Shown here piece after piece: positions 49,391-59,870 of a stretch of 64,000 nt of DNA. Each line of letters opens with the position of its first letter. Position 1 is the first letter of the stretch. Both the position numbers and the translations under genes were made by a program. The stretch lies in the NCBI RefSeq assembly GCF_057098645.1, contig NZ_CM169472.1; one strand, given 5' to 3'. The notes under the pieces are model-generated. The model saw only the letters and a program-made list of their open reading frames with translations. It had not been told where the DNA came from and searched no databases.

Positions 49391-51100
49391 ATGAAATTTA
49401 TTGGGAAGCTGCTTCTCTACATTCTCATCGCTCTGTTAGTGGTGATCGCTGGCCTCTATTTTCTTCTGCAAACCCGCTGGGGAGCAGAACATATCAGCGC
49501 ATGGGTTTCCGAGAATAGCGACTATCATCTGGCCTTCGGGGCGATGGATCACCGTTTTTCCGCGCCATCTCATATCGTGCTGGAGAACGTCACGTTTGGT
49601 CGTGATGGTCAGCCCGCGACCCTGGTGGCAAAAAGTGTCGACATTGCGCTAAGCAGTCGGCAACTGACCGAACCACGCCATGTCGATACCATCCTGCTGG
49701 AAAACGGGACGCTGAATCTCACCGACCAGACCGCGCCGCTACCGTTCAAAGCCGATCGTCTGCAACTGCGTGATATGGCGTTTAATAGCCCGAATAGCGA
49801 ATGGAAACTGAGCGCGCAGCGGGTAAATGGCGGCGTGGTTCCGTGGTCACCAGAAGCCGGTAAAGTGCTGGGTACGAAGGCGCAGATTCAGTTTAGTGCC
49901 GGATCGCTTTCGCTCAATGATGTTCCTGCCACCAATGTACTGATTGAAGGCAGTATTGATAACGATCGCGTTACGCTGACTAACCTGGGTGCCGACATCG
50001 CCCGCGGGACATTAACCGGAAACGCGCAGCGTAACGCCGACGGCAGCTGGCAAGTGGAAAATCTGCGCATGGCGGATATCCGTCTACAAAGCGAAAAATC
50101 GCTAACCGACTTCTTTGCGCCATTACGCTCTGTCCCGTCGTTGCAGATTGGTCGCCTGGAAGTGATCGATGCTCGTTTGCAAGGTCCGGACTGGGCGGTG
50201 ACCGACCTCGATCTCAGCTTGCGCAACATGACCTTCAGTAAAGATGACTGGCAGACACAAGAAGGCAAACTGTCGATGAACGCTAGCGAGTTCATTTATG
50301 GTTCGCTGCATTTATTTGACCCGATTATAAACGCGGAATTTTCCCCGCAGGGCGTAGCGCTGCGCCAGTTCACCAGCCGCTGGGAAGGGGGTATGGTCAG
50401 AACGTCAGGGAACTGGCTGCGTGACGGGAAAACGTTGATCCTTGATGATGCGGCAATTGCCGGGCTGGAATATACCTTGCCGAAAAACTGGCAACAGTTG
50501 TGGATGGAAACGACACCCGGTTGGTTAAACAGCCTGCAACTGAAGAGATTTAGCGCCAGCCGCAATCTGATCATTGATATCGACCCTGACTTCCCGTGGC
50601 AGCTCACCACGCTCGATGGTTACGGTGCCAACCTGACGCTGGTTACCGATCATAAATGGGGCGTCTGGAGTGGCTCGGCGAATCTGAATGCCGCCGCCGC
50701 GACATTCAATCGTGTTGATGTTCGTCGCCCGTCGCTGGCGCTGACCGCCAACAGCAGCACGGTGAATATCAGCGAACTGAGTGCATTTACTGAAAAAGGC
50801 ATTCTGGAAGCCACTGCCAGTGTTTCACAAACGCCACAACGTCAGACCCATATCAGCCTGAATGGACGCGGTGTGCCGGTGAATATTTTGCAACAATGGG
50901 GATGGCCTGAATTACCGTTGACTGGCGACGGCAATATTCAGCTTACCGCCAGTGGCGATATTCAGGCCAATGTCCCGCTGAAACCTACGGTTAGCGGGCA
51001 ACTCCATGCCGTGAACGCCGCAAAGCAGCAAGTGACTCAAACCATGAATGCGGGCGTCGTTTCCAGTAGCGAAGTTACATCGACAGAGCCGGTGCAGTAA
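49391..51100 (+). CDS. yicH: AsmA-family protein
   Basis: ORF 49367..51100; start at MKFIGKLLLYILIALLVV... (569 aa), N-terminal TM anchor. Confidence 0.85.
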   Translation: MKFIGKLLLYILIALLVVIAGLYFLLQTRWGAEHISAWVSENSDYHLAFGAMDHRFSAPSHIVLENVTFGRDGQPATLVAKSVDIALSSRQLTEPRHVDTILLENGTLNLTDQTAPLPFKADRLQLRDMAFNSPNSEWKLSAQRVNGGVVPWSPEAGKVLGTKAQIQFSAGSLSLNDVPATNVLIEGSIDNDRVTLTNLGADIARGTLTGNAQRNADGSWQVENLRMADIRLQSEKSLTDFFAPLRSVPSLQIGRLEVIDARLQGPDWAVTDLDLSLRNMTFSKDDWQTQEGKLSMNASEFIYGSLHLFDPIINAEFSPQGVALRQFTSRWEGGMVRTSGNWLRDGKTLILDDAAIAGLEYTLPKNWQQLWMETTPGWLNSLQLKRFSASRNLIIDIDPDFPWQLTTLDGYGANLTLVTDHKWGVWSGSANLNAAAATFNRVDVRRPSLALTANSSTVNISELSAFTEKGILEATASVSQTPQRQTHISLNGRGVPVNILQQWGWPELPLTGDGNIQLTASGDIQANVPLKPTVSGQLHAVNAAKQQVTQTMNAGVVSSSEVTSTEPVQ

Positions 51101-51111
51101 AAATCAATCTC

Positions 51112-51139
51112 GCCGGGTACGACTCAGACGTACCCGGCA
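51112..51139. terminator. Hairpin between convergent yicH and yicI
   Basis: gccgggtacg-actcaga-cgtacccggc inverted repeat. Confidence 0.5.
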
Positions 51140-51152
51140 TTCCATCAATAGA

Positions 51153-53471
51153 TTACAACGTAATTGTCAGCGCATTCCCTTGAGGCGTCACCACCAGCCC
51201 CTGCTCACTTTCAGCCTGCGAACCACCTTGCAGACCATTTACTTTCACAATATTGCGCAAGCACAGTGTCCAGTTCTTCGCCTCGCCCGCACCAGTCACA
51301 GTAATCGTGTTGCCAGTACGCGCCGCTTTCAGGGTGAAAAGAACGGAACCGTCAGCAGCGGGCACTTCACAGATGGCTTCATGCCCGTCTTGTAGATTAA
51401 AGAGCTGGAATGCCGTGCCTTCGTGCCACGCGTAATCGGGACGTTGCTCGTTGTTGCCCAGCGCCAGTAGGGTGTTATCACGCACATAAACGGGCAGACT
51501 CAGGAAGCTGTGCTGCTGTTTATGCCAGCGACTACCATCGAGTTCATCGTTGTGCCACAGATGTGTCCAGCGACCTTCCGGCAAGTAGAACTGCACATCG
51601 CCCGCTTCACTGAACACCGGAGCAACCATCACGTTGTCGCCTAACATGTATTGACGGTCAAGGTAATCACAAGCCGGATCGTCCGGGAACTCCATCATCA
51701 TGGCCCGCATCATCGGCGTACCCCGCGCGTTCGCACGAGCAGCTTCACGATACAGATACGGCATCATGCGGCATTTCAGTTGCGTGAAGAAGCGCACCAC
51801 ATCACAGGACTCATCATCGTAGGCCCACGGCACACGATAAGATTTGCTGCCATGTAAACGGCTATGGCTGGAGAGCAAACCAAACGCGCACCAGCGTTTG
51901 TAAACGTGCGCCGGAGCGGTATTCTCAAAGCCGCCGATATCGTGGCTCCAGAAACCAAAACCTGAAAGGCCAATAGACAAACCACCGCGCAGGCTTTCCG
52001 CCATTGATTCGTAGTTAGCGTAACAGTCACCACCCCAGTGTACCGGGAATTTCTGCGCACCAACGGAGGCCGAGCGGGCAAACAAGACGGCTTCTTCCTC
52101 GCCAACGGTGTCCTTGAGCACGTTCCACACCAGTTCGTTGTAGATGTACGCATAATGGTTATGCATTTTCTGCGGATCGGAACCGTCAAACCACTGAACA
52201 TCGATTGGAATACGTTCGCCAAAGTCGGTCTTAAAGCAATCAACGCCCATCGCGACCAGACCTTTCAGTTTGTCGGCGTACCATTTGCAGGCATCCGGAT
52301 TGGTAAAGTCATAAATCGCCAGACCTGGCTGCCATTTATCCCACTGCCATAACGAACCGTCCGGGCGTTTGAGTAAATAGCCTTTCTCTTGTAACTCTTT
52401 AAAGACAGGGGATTTTTGCCCGATATAGGGGTTAATCCAGACGCAGATTTTTAGCCCTTTCGCTTTCAGGCGGCGGATCATCCCTTCCGGGTCCGGGAAA
52501 GTCAGCGGGTCCCACTCAAAATCGCACCACTGGAAGGCTTTCATCCAGAAACAGTCAAAGTGAAAAACATGCAGTGGCAGATTGCGTCCCGCCATACCAT
52601 CGATAAAGCTGTTTACCGTCGCTTCGTCGTAGTTGGTGGTAAATGAAGTGGTTAGCCACAGGCCGAAGGACCACGCGGGCGGCAGCGCCGGACGACCAGT
52701 AAAACGGGTATAACGATCAAGTACCGCTTTCGGCGTCGGGCCGTCGATAACAAAGTATTCGAGATATTCACTCTCAACGCTGAACTGCACTTTGGAGACT
52801 TTCTCCGATCCCACTTCAAAAGAGACGCATTGAGGATGATTGACCAGTACCCCATAGCCACGGTTAGTCATATAGAACGGGATATTTTTATACGCCTGTT
52901 CAGTACTTGTGCCGCCGTCCCGGTTCCAGGTCTCTACCGTCTGGCCATTGCGCACCAGGGCAGTAAAGCGCTCTCCCAGACCGTAAACTGTTTCGCCAAC
53001 GCCAAGATCCAGCCGCTCAAACATATAATTTCGTTGATTATTCGTGTCCTGCACGTAGCCATTATTTTTCACCTGACTACCGGTAATACGTTCGCCGTTG
53101 CGCAGAAAATCCAGTGACCAGAACTCACCTTTGCTGACACGCGCGCTTAAGTTGCCACTTTTAAACTCAGCGTAACGTTCTGTGTTTTCGATTGTGACCT
53201 TCACGTCCTGCAAAATATTGAGCGGATAATGAGGACCATTATTCAGCGCCCCCTGAAAATGCTCAATCCGTACACCGACAATACCTTCCTGTGGGGAGAA
53301 AAAGCGCAGCGTAAATAAAGGCGTATCAAGCTGCCAGGTTCGTTCACGCACATCACGGGGGGCAGCATAGACCACCATTTCATTACCCTGCTGTTCAACC
53401 TCGAACACCTGAAGCGGGTGAATCAAATTGAGGCCAGGTTGAATCAACCAGTTTCCGTCGCTAATTTTCAT
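51153..53471 (-). CDS. yicI: Alpha-xylosidase (GH31)
   Basis: 772-aa [26 protein letters not shown]... Confidence 0.9.
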   Translation of the reverse strand: MKISDGNWLIQPGLNLIHPLQVFEVEQQGNEMVVYAAPRDVRERTWQLDTPLFTLRFFSPQEGIVGVRIEHFQGALNNGPHYPLNILQDVKVTIENTERYAEFKSGNLSARVSKGEFWSLDFLRNGERITGSQVKNNGYVQDTNNQRNYMFERLDLGVGETVYGLGERFTALVRNGQTVETWNRDGGTSTEQAYKNIPFYMTNRGYGVLVNHPQCVSFEVGSEKVSKVQFSVESEYLEYFVIDGPTPKAVLDRYTRFTGRPALPPAWSFGLWLTTSFTTNYDEATVNSFIDGMAGRNLPLHVFHFDCFWMKAFQWCDFEWDPLTFPDPEGMIRRLKAKGLKICVWINPYIGQKSPVFKELQEKGYLLKRPDGSLWQWDKWQPGLAIYDFTNPDACKWYADKLKGLVAMGVDCFKTDFGERIPIDVQWFDGSDPQKMHNHYAYIYNELVWNVLKDTVGEEEAVLFARSASVGAQKFPVHWGGDCYANYESMAESLRGGLSIGLSGFGFWSHDIGGFENTAPAHVYKRWCAFGLLSSHSRLHGSKSYRVPWAYDDESCDVVRFFTQLKCRMMPYLYREAARANARGTPMMRAMMMEFPDDPACDYLDRQYMLGDNVMVAPVFSEAGDVQFYLPEGRWTHLWHNDELDGSRWHKQQHSFLSLPVYVRDNTLLALGNNEQRPDYAWHEGTAFQLFNLQDGHEAICEVPAADGSVLFTLKAARTGNTITVTGAGEAKNWTLCLRNIVKVNGLQGGSQAESEQGLVVTPQGNALTITL

Positions 53472-53480
53472 TGCCGTTCC

Positions 53481-54863
53481 TTAGTTCTGCACTTCTTGAG
53501 AGGTGAATTGTTGCTGGCAACGGCGTTTGCCCTGGGCCAGCGGTTCCATAACGGTTTTCAGATTGTGCGTCGTGAGTGAGTAGTAGCGTTTAGCGATAAT
53601 CGCGCTCAGCAAATAACAGATCGCCGGAACAATCGTGAATAGCGCAATAATGATGCTAATCGTGGCGCTGTTCTGCGCTTTTTCTGCCGCATCATATCCG
53701 CCATAAGCCAGCATCCAGCCGATAAGAGCGCCGCCGAAGGCCAACCCCAGTTTGAGCACAAACAGCGTGCCAGCAAAACTGATCCCGGTCAGGCGTTTAC
53801 CATTGCACCACTCGCCGTAGTCGACGGTATCGGACATCATTACCCACTGGATAGGTGTCACCAGTTGATGCAACACACCAATCACGAAGATGAAGACAAA
53901 CATAGTGATGCTGGCCTGCATAGGAACAAAGAACATCGCGAGGCTAATCACTGCCAGCAGGGCGTTCGTCCACCAGAAGATAGTGACTTTACATTTCCAG
54001 TCGGTCAGCGGTTTTGCCAGTGCGGAACCAATCAGGTTACCCACGCAATAAGTGGTGAGAAAAGCGACAAACACTTCCGGCGTACCCAAAATCCATGTGA
54101 CGTAATACATCATCGCTCCACCGCGGACGCACACCGCCAGGATATTGAAAATGGTTAGTAAACCGACAATCCGCCACTGGTCGTTTTGCCAGATATCACG
54201 TAAATCTTCCCGCATAGACGTCGTTGTAGGTGGTGCTTCAACGCGTTCTTTAGTGGTGAAGAAACAGAATGCCAGCATCATGAATGCCACCACGGAAAGG
54301 ACCGCGATACCGCCCTGGAAACCGAGTGGTTTATTATCACCGCCAATTAAATTAACCAGTGGCATCATCAGAACAGTAGAGAGCATGCCTCCCGCGGTCG
54401 CCAGCACAAAACGCCAGGATTGCAGCGAGATACGCTGAGTCGGGTCATTGGTGATTACACCACCCAATGCGCAGTAAGGGATATTGACGACGGTATAAAG
54501 TAAGGTAAGTAGGGTGTAAGTAATTGCTGCATAGATCATTTTGCCGTTCATACTGAGATCTGGCGTGCTATAGGCCAGTACACAGACGATCCCAAATGGC
54601 AGTGCGCCACACAGTACCCACGGACGAAATTTACCCCAGCGAGAGCGCGTTCGATCGGCCAACAACCCCATGCAAGGATCGGAAATCGCATCCAGTGCAC
54701 GAGCGACCAAAAACATGGTTCCGACAAATCCGGCAGGTATGCCAAAATTATCGGTATAAAAGAACATCATATATAACATTACGTTATCGAAAATAATGTG
54801 GCTGGCGGCGTCTCCCATGCCATAACCAATTTTCTCTTTAACGGACAACACTTCACTCATCAT
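53481..54863 (-). CDS. yicJ: GPH-family sugar:cation symporter
   Basis: ORF 53481..54920; start set at internal Met (MMSEVLSVKEKIGYGMGDA...) for a 460-aa product. Confidence 0.85.
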   Translation of the reverse strand: MMSEVLSVKEKIGYGMGDAASHIIFDNVMLYMMFFYTDNFGIPAGFVGTMFLVARALDAISDPCMGLLADRTRSRWGKFRPWVLCGALPFGIVCVLAYSTPDLSMNGKMIYAAITYTLLTLLYTVVNIPYCALGGVITNDPTQRISLQSWRFVLATAGGMLSTVLMMPLVNLIGGDNKPLGFQGGIAVLSVVAFMMLAFCFFTTKERVEAPPTTTSMREDLRDIWQNDQWRIVGLLTIFNILAVCVRGGAMMYYVTWILGTPEVFVAFLTTYCVGNLIGSALAKPLTDWKCKVTIFWWTNALLAVISLAMFFVPMQASITMFVFIFVIGVLHQLVTPIQWVMMSDTVDYGEWCNGKRLTGISFAGTLFVLKLGLAFGGALIGWMLAYGGYDAAEKAQNSATISIIIALFTIVPAICYLLSAIIAKRYYSLTTHNLKTVMEPLAQGKRRCQQQFTSQEVQN

Positions 54864-55155
54864 CTGCTTTTCCTTGATGCTATAGGGGTGCTGAGACCGA
54901 TAACGCATTTTGTAAACCATCCCTGTGAGAGCGAATATTCCGATATCTGGTTATTAATTTATGATTCTTGTTTTATGTGATCGTGGTAGCGTTAATTCCG
55001 CTCATATATCATTGTAAAATATGGGTTTTATATGAATTATAATGCTTTCGTGATAATACGCTGCGTGTATTAGGCGGAAAAAACTGATCTGGGGGATGTA
55101 GAAACTCAAGGAAGTAGCTATAATGCGCCCCGCCTCCATGTAGCAATCGAGGCGC

Positions 55156-55250
55156 GGAAGATCGTCGTCTCCGGTGAGGCGGCTGGACTTCAAATCCAGT
55201 TGGGGCCGCCAGCGGTCCCGGGCAGGTTCGACTCCTGTGATCTTCCGCCA
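55156..55250 (+). tRNA. selC: tRNA-Sec (selenocysteine, anticodon UCA)
   Basis: 95-nt sequence GGAAGATCGTCGTCTCCGGTGAGGCGGCTGGACTTCAAATCCAGT...GTGATCTTCCGCCA with long variable arm, 8-bp acceptor stem and encoded CCA. Confidence 0.9.
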
Positions 55251-55412
55251 AACCTCATCCAGCCAGTTCCGAGACACTCCATAAAATCATTTATATTCAA
55301 TGCGATGAATAATCAGCTTGTCCGTAATAGTCCGAGATCATCTCCCTGAATCCGCGAAAAATATGTATAGTAATGTGTATAGATTTTTTATACGTAGTTT
55401 TCAGTTATACAC

Positions 55413-56591
55413 ATGGCCCTAACCGATATACAGATCAAACGTGCAAAACCACAAGACAAACCATACACATTAAACGATGGACAAGGTCTGTCATTGCTTA
55501 TCAATCCCGATGGCTCGAAAGGCTGGCGTTTCCGTTTCCGGTTTGCAGGGAAAGCGCGGTTAATGTCATTTGGCAGCTACGATTTAGTAAGCCTCGCAGA
55601 AGCACGTGAGAAACGCGATACGGCTCGTAAGCAGGTAGCAAACGGCATTGATCCAGTAGCAGAGCGTAAGGCTCAGAAAATTGCTCAGAAATTATCAACT
55701 GAAAACTCTTTTGAGGCCGTTAGCAGAGAATGGCATGCAGCAAAAGCAGATCGCTGGACTTTAGCTTATCGCGAAGAAATTATTAAAACATTTGAACAGG
55801 ATGTTTTTCCTTTCATTGGTAAACGGCCAATAGCTGAAATTAAACCCCTAGAACTGCTTGAAGTTCTTAAACGCATAGAAAAACGTGGAGCGTTGGAGAA
55901 AACCAGAAAAGTACGTCAACGATGCGGAGAGGTGTTTCGCTACGCGATCATCACTGGCCGCGCTGAATACAATCCAGCACCTGATTTAGCTATCGCATTA
56001 GCTGTACCGAAGCAAAAACATCATCCTTTTCTATCAGCAGAAGAACTCCCTCATTTTGTCAGAGATCTTGAGGCTTACACAGGTAGCATAATCACTAAAA
56101 ATGCAACTAAAATTGTGATGCTTACTGGAGTCAGGACACAGGAAATGCGTTTTGCCACTTGGGACGAAATTGATTTACAAAAAAAGGTATGGGAAATACC
56201 GGCCGAACGAATGAAAATGCGCCGACCACATCTTGTACCACTCTCCACTCAAGTAGTTGAAATTTTTCAACAACTCAAGCTAATCACCAAAAACTATCCA
56301 TATATTTTTATCGGCCGTAATAATCACACTAAGCCAATTTCTAAAGAAAGTGTATCCCAAGTAATAGAATTACTTGGCTATAAAGGAAGAGCTACGGGCC
56401 ACGGATTCCGCCATACAATGTCTACTATTTTGCATGAGTACGGATTTAACAGCGAATGGATAGAATTACAATTGGCTCATGTTGATAAGAATAGTATTCG
56501 AGGCACTTATAATCATGCCCAATATTTAGAAAAGAGAAGTTCTATGATGCAGTGGTACAGTGATTATATCCTTAATAGAGATAAAGCATAG
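55413..56591 (+). CDS. int: P4-family tyrosine integrase, adjacent to the tRNA-Sec 3' end
   Basis: 392-aa ORF with N-terminal arm-binding region (…AKPQDKPYTLNDGQGLSLLINPDGSKGWRFRFRFAGK…) and C-terminal catalytic residues (…HGFRHT…LAHVDKNSIRGTYNHAQY). Confidence 0.9.
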   Translation: MALTDIQIKRAKPQDKPYTLNDGQGLSLLINPDGSKGWRFRFRFAGKARLMSFGSYDLVSLAEAREKRDTARKQVANGIDPVAERKAQKIAQKLSTENSFEAVSREWHAAKADRWTLAYREEIIKTFEQDVFPFIGKRPIAEIKPLELLEVLKRIEKRGALEKTRKVRQRCGEVFRYAIITGRAEYNPAPDLAIALAVPKQKHHPFLSAEELPHFVRDLEAYTGSIITKNATKIVMLTGVRTQEMRFATWDEIDLQKKVWEIPAERMKMRRPHLVPLSTQVVEIFQQLKLITKNYPYIFIGRNNHTKPISKESVSQVIELLGYKGRATGHGFRHTMSTILHEYGFNSEWIELQLAHVDKNSIRGTYNHAQYLEKRSSMMQWYSDYILNRDKA

Positions 56592-56646
56592 AATAATAGA
56601 AGTTAATGCTGTATACTGTAAATTAACAATATAGTAAGGATTGAAA

Positions 56647-57513
56647 ATGAAGAAGACAGTACTTATAACTGATTTAGATAACACACTATTCGACTGGTTT
56701 AGCGTTTGGTATCATAGCTTTAATGCAATGCTAAATAAAGTCGTTGAGATTTCCGGTTTTTCTAAAGACGAGCTTATTGCACAGATAAAACCAATTCATC
56801 AAAAATATGGTACTGCCGAATACTCTTTTATTCTAGAAAGCATACCTCTTTTACAAGAAAAATATGGTGATAGAAACTCCATCAATTTAGTTATGGATGA
56901 TGCTATACACGCTTTCAGAAGTGAGAGAAAGAAATATCTTTCTCTGTACCCAACAGTAATGGACACTTTGAGTGTATTAAAAAGTAAAGGGTGTTATATT
57001 GTCGCGTATACTGAATCCAAAGCTTATTACTCCAATTTCCGCTTAACAAGATTAGGATTAGATGGTGTGATTGATGTCCTTTTCTCTCCTGAAGATCATG
57101 AAATCCCTGATGGTGAGAAAAAACAAGATAAATATAATCTAATGCTGACAAAGCAAGAATATACACCTATTGATGAAATTAAACCAAACCCACAACTTCT
57201 TCTGGACATAATAAAATCAATTGGTGCCACACCAGAAGAGTGTGTATATATAGGTGACAGTGAAATGAAAGATATAGAAATGGCCCAAAAAGCAAACGTA
57301 TCAGATGTTTTTGCAAGCTATGGAACGAATCATTTTGAAGAGAACAAGGAGGGATATGAATTACTCCGTGCGGTAACCCACTGGACTGATGCTGATGTTG
57401 AAAGGGAAAGAAAAATTAAAGAAAATGCCTTCGGAGCAAAACCCACATATGTAGCCAAACAATTTTCAGATATTTTGTCTTTTTTTGAATTTACAAAATT
57501 TAAAGGAAAATAG
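56647..57513 (+). CDS. HAD-superfamily phosphohydrolase (subfamily IA-like), cargo gene 1
   Basis: Track ORF 56641..57513 (TTG); first ATG gives MKKTVLITDLDNTLFDW (motif I DxDxT), later EIKPNPQ (motif III Lys) and YIGDSEMKDIEMA (motif IV GDxxxD); AT-rich; RBS aagga upstream. Confidence 0.8.
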   Translation: MKKTVLITDLDNTLFDWFSVWYHSFNAMLNKVVEISGFSKDELIAQIKPIHQKYGTAEYSFILESIPLLQEKYGDRNSINLVMDDAIHAFRSERKKYLSLYPTVMDTLSVLKSKGCYIVAYTESKAYYSNFRLTRLGLDGVIDVLFSPEDHEIPDGEKKQDKYNLMLTKQEYTPIDEIKPNPQLLLDIIKSIGATPEECVYIGDSEMKDIEMAQKANVSDVFASYGTNHFEENKEGYELLRAVTHWTDADVERERKIKENAFGAKPTYVAKQFSDILSFFEFTKFKGK

Positions 57514-57514
57514 A

Positions 57515-58147
57515 ATGAACGATCTAGAATTAAAGAAACATGATGACGCTATAAAATTAGAAAATCTCAAGTTGAAAATTGATATCTGGAAGACAGTTGT
57601 TGACGTTCAGAAACATTTTAATGATCTTGAGATGAAGGTTAGAAACTTCGGAATTTTGATCTTGTCTGCATTTATTGGTGCAATTGGTGTAAGCTTTAAT
57701 TCCGGCGCTGAATTTATAGCCTTTGGCAATCATTACTCTGTTGCTGCCATTCTTGCTTTCGGGGCATCTGTTGTTTGGTTGTTATTTTATTTTGTTGACG
57801 TTTACTGGTATCACCCATTACTTCTTGGAGCTGTAAAGAAAGGTTCAGAACTCGAAAAAGAAATTGCATCCGACATCCCAGGAATTAATCTTACAGAAAC
57901 CATAGGAAAAAGTAGCCCAAAAGATATTTTGCTCTGGAAAAATATGCATAGTACTGGAAAAGCTAACCTTTTCTACTTTGGGGTTTTAGCTGTTCTGTTA
58001 ACTATTTTTATTTCTCTACTGTGCTTTAAAGCCCCGCAAAAGACAAATCAACTAAATGAATTAAATATTAAAGCAAATTGCACTAGAAACAGTAATTACA
58101 ATGGAGTTAATTGCATTATCGCATCACAGCCAAGTGACAACAAATAG
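57515..58147 (+). CDS. Small membrane protein with three predicted TM helices, cargo gene 2
   Basis: Track ORF 57485..58147 (TTG); first ATG (MNDLELKKHDD...) lies 1 nt after the HAD stop; hydrophobic helices ILILSAFIGAIGVSF, VAAILAFGASVVWLLFYFV and LFYFGVLAVLLTIFISLLCF; AT-rich. Confidence 0.7.
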   Translation: MNDLELKKHDDAIKLENLKLKIDIWKTVVDVQKHFNDLEMKVRNFGILILSAFIGAIGVSFNSGAEFIAFGNHYSVAAILAFGASVVWLLFYFVDVYWYHPLLLGAVKKGSELEKEIASDIPGINLTETIGKSSPKDILLWKNMHSTGKANLFYFGVLAVLLTIFISLLCFKAPQKTNQLNELNIKANCTRNSNYNGVNCIIASQPSDNK

Positions 58148-58237
58148 TGCACTTTATCACTCTTTACCCCAACTGCATGTACTTACCTTGTGAGCACAGA
58201 GACGCGCTATAAATAAACACTTTACTGCTGGCGGGCG

Positions 58238-58256
58238 GTGCTTTCCCCGCCTCGCC
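58238..58256 (-). other. P2/P4-type cos site (19-nt cohesive-end sequence)
   Basis: Plus strand gtgctttccccgcctcgcc; reverse complement GGCGAGGCGGGGAAAGCAC matches the P2/P4 cohesive end as I recall it; lies between the cargo pair and psu. Confidence 0.65.
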
Positions 58257-58359
58257 CGCCCGCTTTGCAGGGCGGTTTTAATGCAGTTGCACAGTCACGC
58301 TCAGGCTGCGCCGGGAATGGCGCGGTCTGCAGAGAATGAGGCAGGAAAACGCATGCAAA

Positions 58360-58390
58360 GCCATGCACCTTATCGATGCATGGCTTTTTT
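58360..58390 (+). terminator. Rho-independent terminator downstream of the int/cargo genes
   Basis: gccatgca-(9-nt loop)-tgcatggc followed by tttttt. Confidence 0.5.
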
Positions 58391-58420
58391 CAGTAAAAAC
58401 GGGAGGATTTTCGGGGAATT

Positions 58421-58993
58421 TTACACAGACTGACGTGATGCCAGTTGCGCACTTTTACGCGAAAAAATCATGTTCTGCGCAGGGGTGAATTTTTCACGGC
58501 TGTCATCCACCGAAGCCGCGTCAGGCCTGAATCCGATGGTCGTTAAAATGTCGCTATCCTGTGCGGAATAATTAATTTTTTCACCCTTCGCAAGCCAGGA
58601 CAGGAGGGCTTCACGCAGGGCATCTGTGGCACGCTGTATGGCACAGTTTCGGGCAATGGCCGTCAGCTCACTGTAGCCCATCAGCTCCGGTGCCAGTGCC
58701 GCCGCCAGTGCTGTGCCGTGCTGCTGCATAAAATCATTCAGCCGATCGCGGATGCTGATGTGCTGAACGGCTTCATGCGAACGAATATAACGACCGGCGG
58801 CCTGATTCACCTGCCATTTTCTGACTTCGATAATATTGCGTAATTCGTCCAGGCGACTGACGTTTCTGCCTTCTCCTGACAGAAGCCGCAGATATTCCTG
58901 TTCGGCCGCAGCCAGCTCATTTTTGCGTTGCAGCCATGCTGCTTTGTTATTCTGACAGGTGTCAAAGGCCTGCTGTAAGGCTGTGCTTTCCAT
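58421..58993 (-). CDS. psu: P4-type polarity suppression protein (capsid decoration / Rho antagonist)
   Basis: 190-aa ORF MESTALQQAFDTCQNNKAAWLQRKNELAAAEQEY... recognised as P4 Psu; sid-delta-psu gene order. Confidence 0.85.
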   Translation of the reverse strand: MESTALQQAFDTCQNNKAAWLQRKNELAAAEQEYLRLLSGEGRNVSRLDELRNIIEVRKWQVNQAAGRYIRSHEAVQHISIRDRLNDFMQQHGTALAAALAPELMGYSELTAIARNCAIQRATDALREALLSWLAKGEKINYSAQDSDILTTIGFRPDAASVDDSREKFTPAQNMIFSRKSAQLASRQSV

Positions 58994-59066
58994 CGTTATC
59001 TCTTTCTCATCATGCTGAAGAATAAAAATACGGTGTGCGGCGACGGCCGGGGTTAACCGGCAGCCC

Positions 59067-59567
59067 TCATTCCAGACGCAGCGAATATGATTGTGTTTTT
59101 AACCGTACTGGCGGCAGTTCCTGTTTTTCATGCAGGCTTTCTGCCAGTTCGTCCGGCGTGACCGGGCGGACAATGAAGCGGTTGATGGTCTGAAGCGTTT
59201 TAAACACCAGACCACAGCCCGGATCCGTGCACACATAAAAACGCTCGGTGACTTCCTGAGACAGACGCCGCGATGTTCTTGACAGCGCAAGGCCTTTACA
59301 TCTCCGACAACAATATCCGGTAACAAGCATTCTTTTCGGGCGCTTCATGCTACCGGAGGCTGACGTCAGTGAATCGCGGTATCTCTGTTTGCCTGAAATG
59401 TATTCCATTCCTGAATCTTTACAGTCAGAGAAAAAGCTTTCACTCGCTTCAAATGTCGCAGAGCAATAAATATTCCGGCACTGTGCAATCATTATCTTGG
59501 TGCCATCGTCCATGAAATGTGCGCGACGGGTGTGAGCAACATGTCCACACGACGGGCAGTAAATCAT
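59067..59567 (-). CDS. delta: P4 Delta-type late transcription activator (two fused Ogr-like zinc-finger domains)
   Basis: 166-aa ORF with two Cys clusters (CPSCGH…CRNIYC and CCRRCKG…CTDPGC). Confidence 0.85.
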   Translation of the reverse strand: MIYCPSCGHVAHTRRAHFMDDGTKIMIAQCRNIYCSATFEASESFFSDCKDSGMEYISGKQRYRDSLTSASGSMKRPKRMLVTGYCCRRCKGLALSRTSRRLSQEVTERFYVCTDPGCGLVFKTLQTINRFIVRPVTPDELAESLHEKQELPPVRLKTQSYSLRLE

Positions 59568-59790
59568 GACAGCAGTCCTCTGGCCTTAAGCACTGCTCCC
59601 TGCTGGTCTATTTTGTCCTGCCACACCTTGCGCTGTGCCGGTGTGCCTGCCACCTCATAATCCATGTGCGGGAGTGTTGCCGCTGACAGTCCGGTCAGCC
59701 GGAGAACCGGCTCGCCGGTGAGGCTGATTTGCATCTGTTTTATTTTCTGTTCCAGCGATGATTTCACCTGCTGCGTATTCCGCTCTATTC
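59564..59790 (-). pseudogene. sid: 3' fragment of P4 sid (capsid size determination), separated from its 5' part by an IS21-family element
   Basis: ORF 59564..59842: the first ~17 codons come from the IS end, the remainder (RIERNTQQVKSSLEQKIKQMQISL…KARGLLS) is the Sid C-terminus, with a 4-bp overlap onto the delta start. Confidence 0.6.
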
Positions 59791-59870
59791 GATCACGGAT
59801 TGGCATCGAAGTCCGATCAGCGATTCGCATCCATTCGATCAACCGGGAACTTAACTTTTTCTACCGCTTT

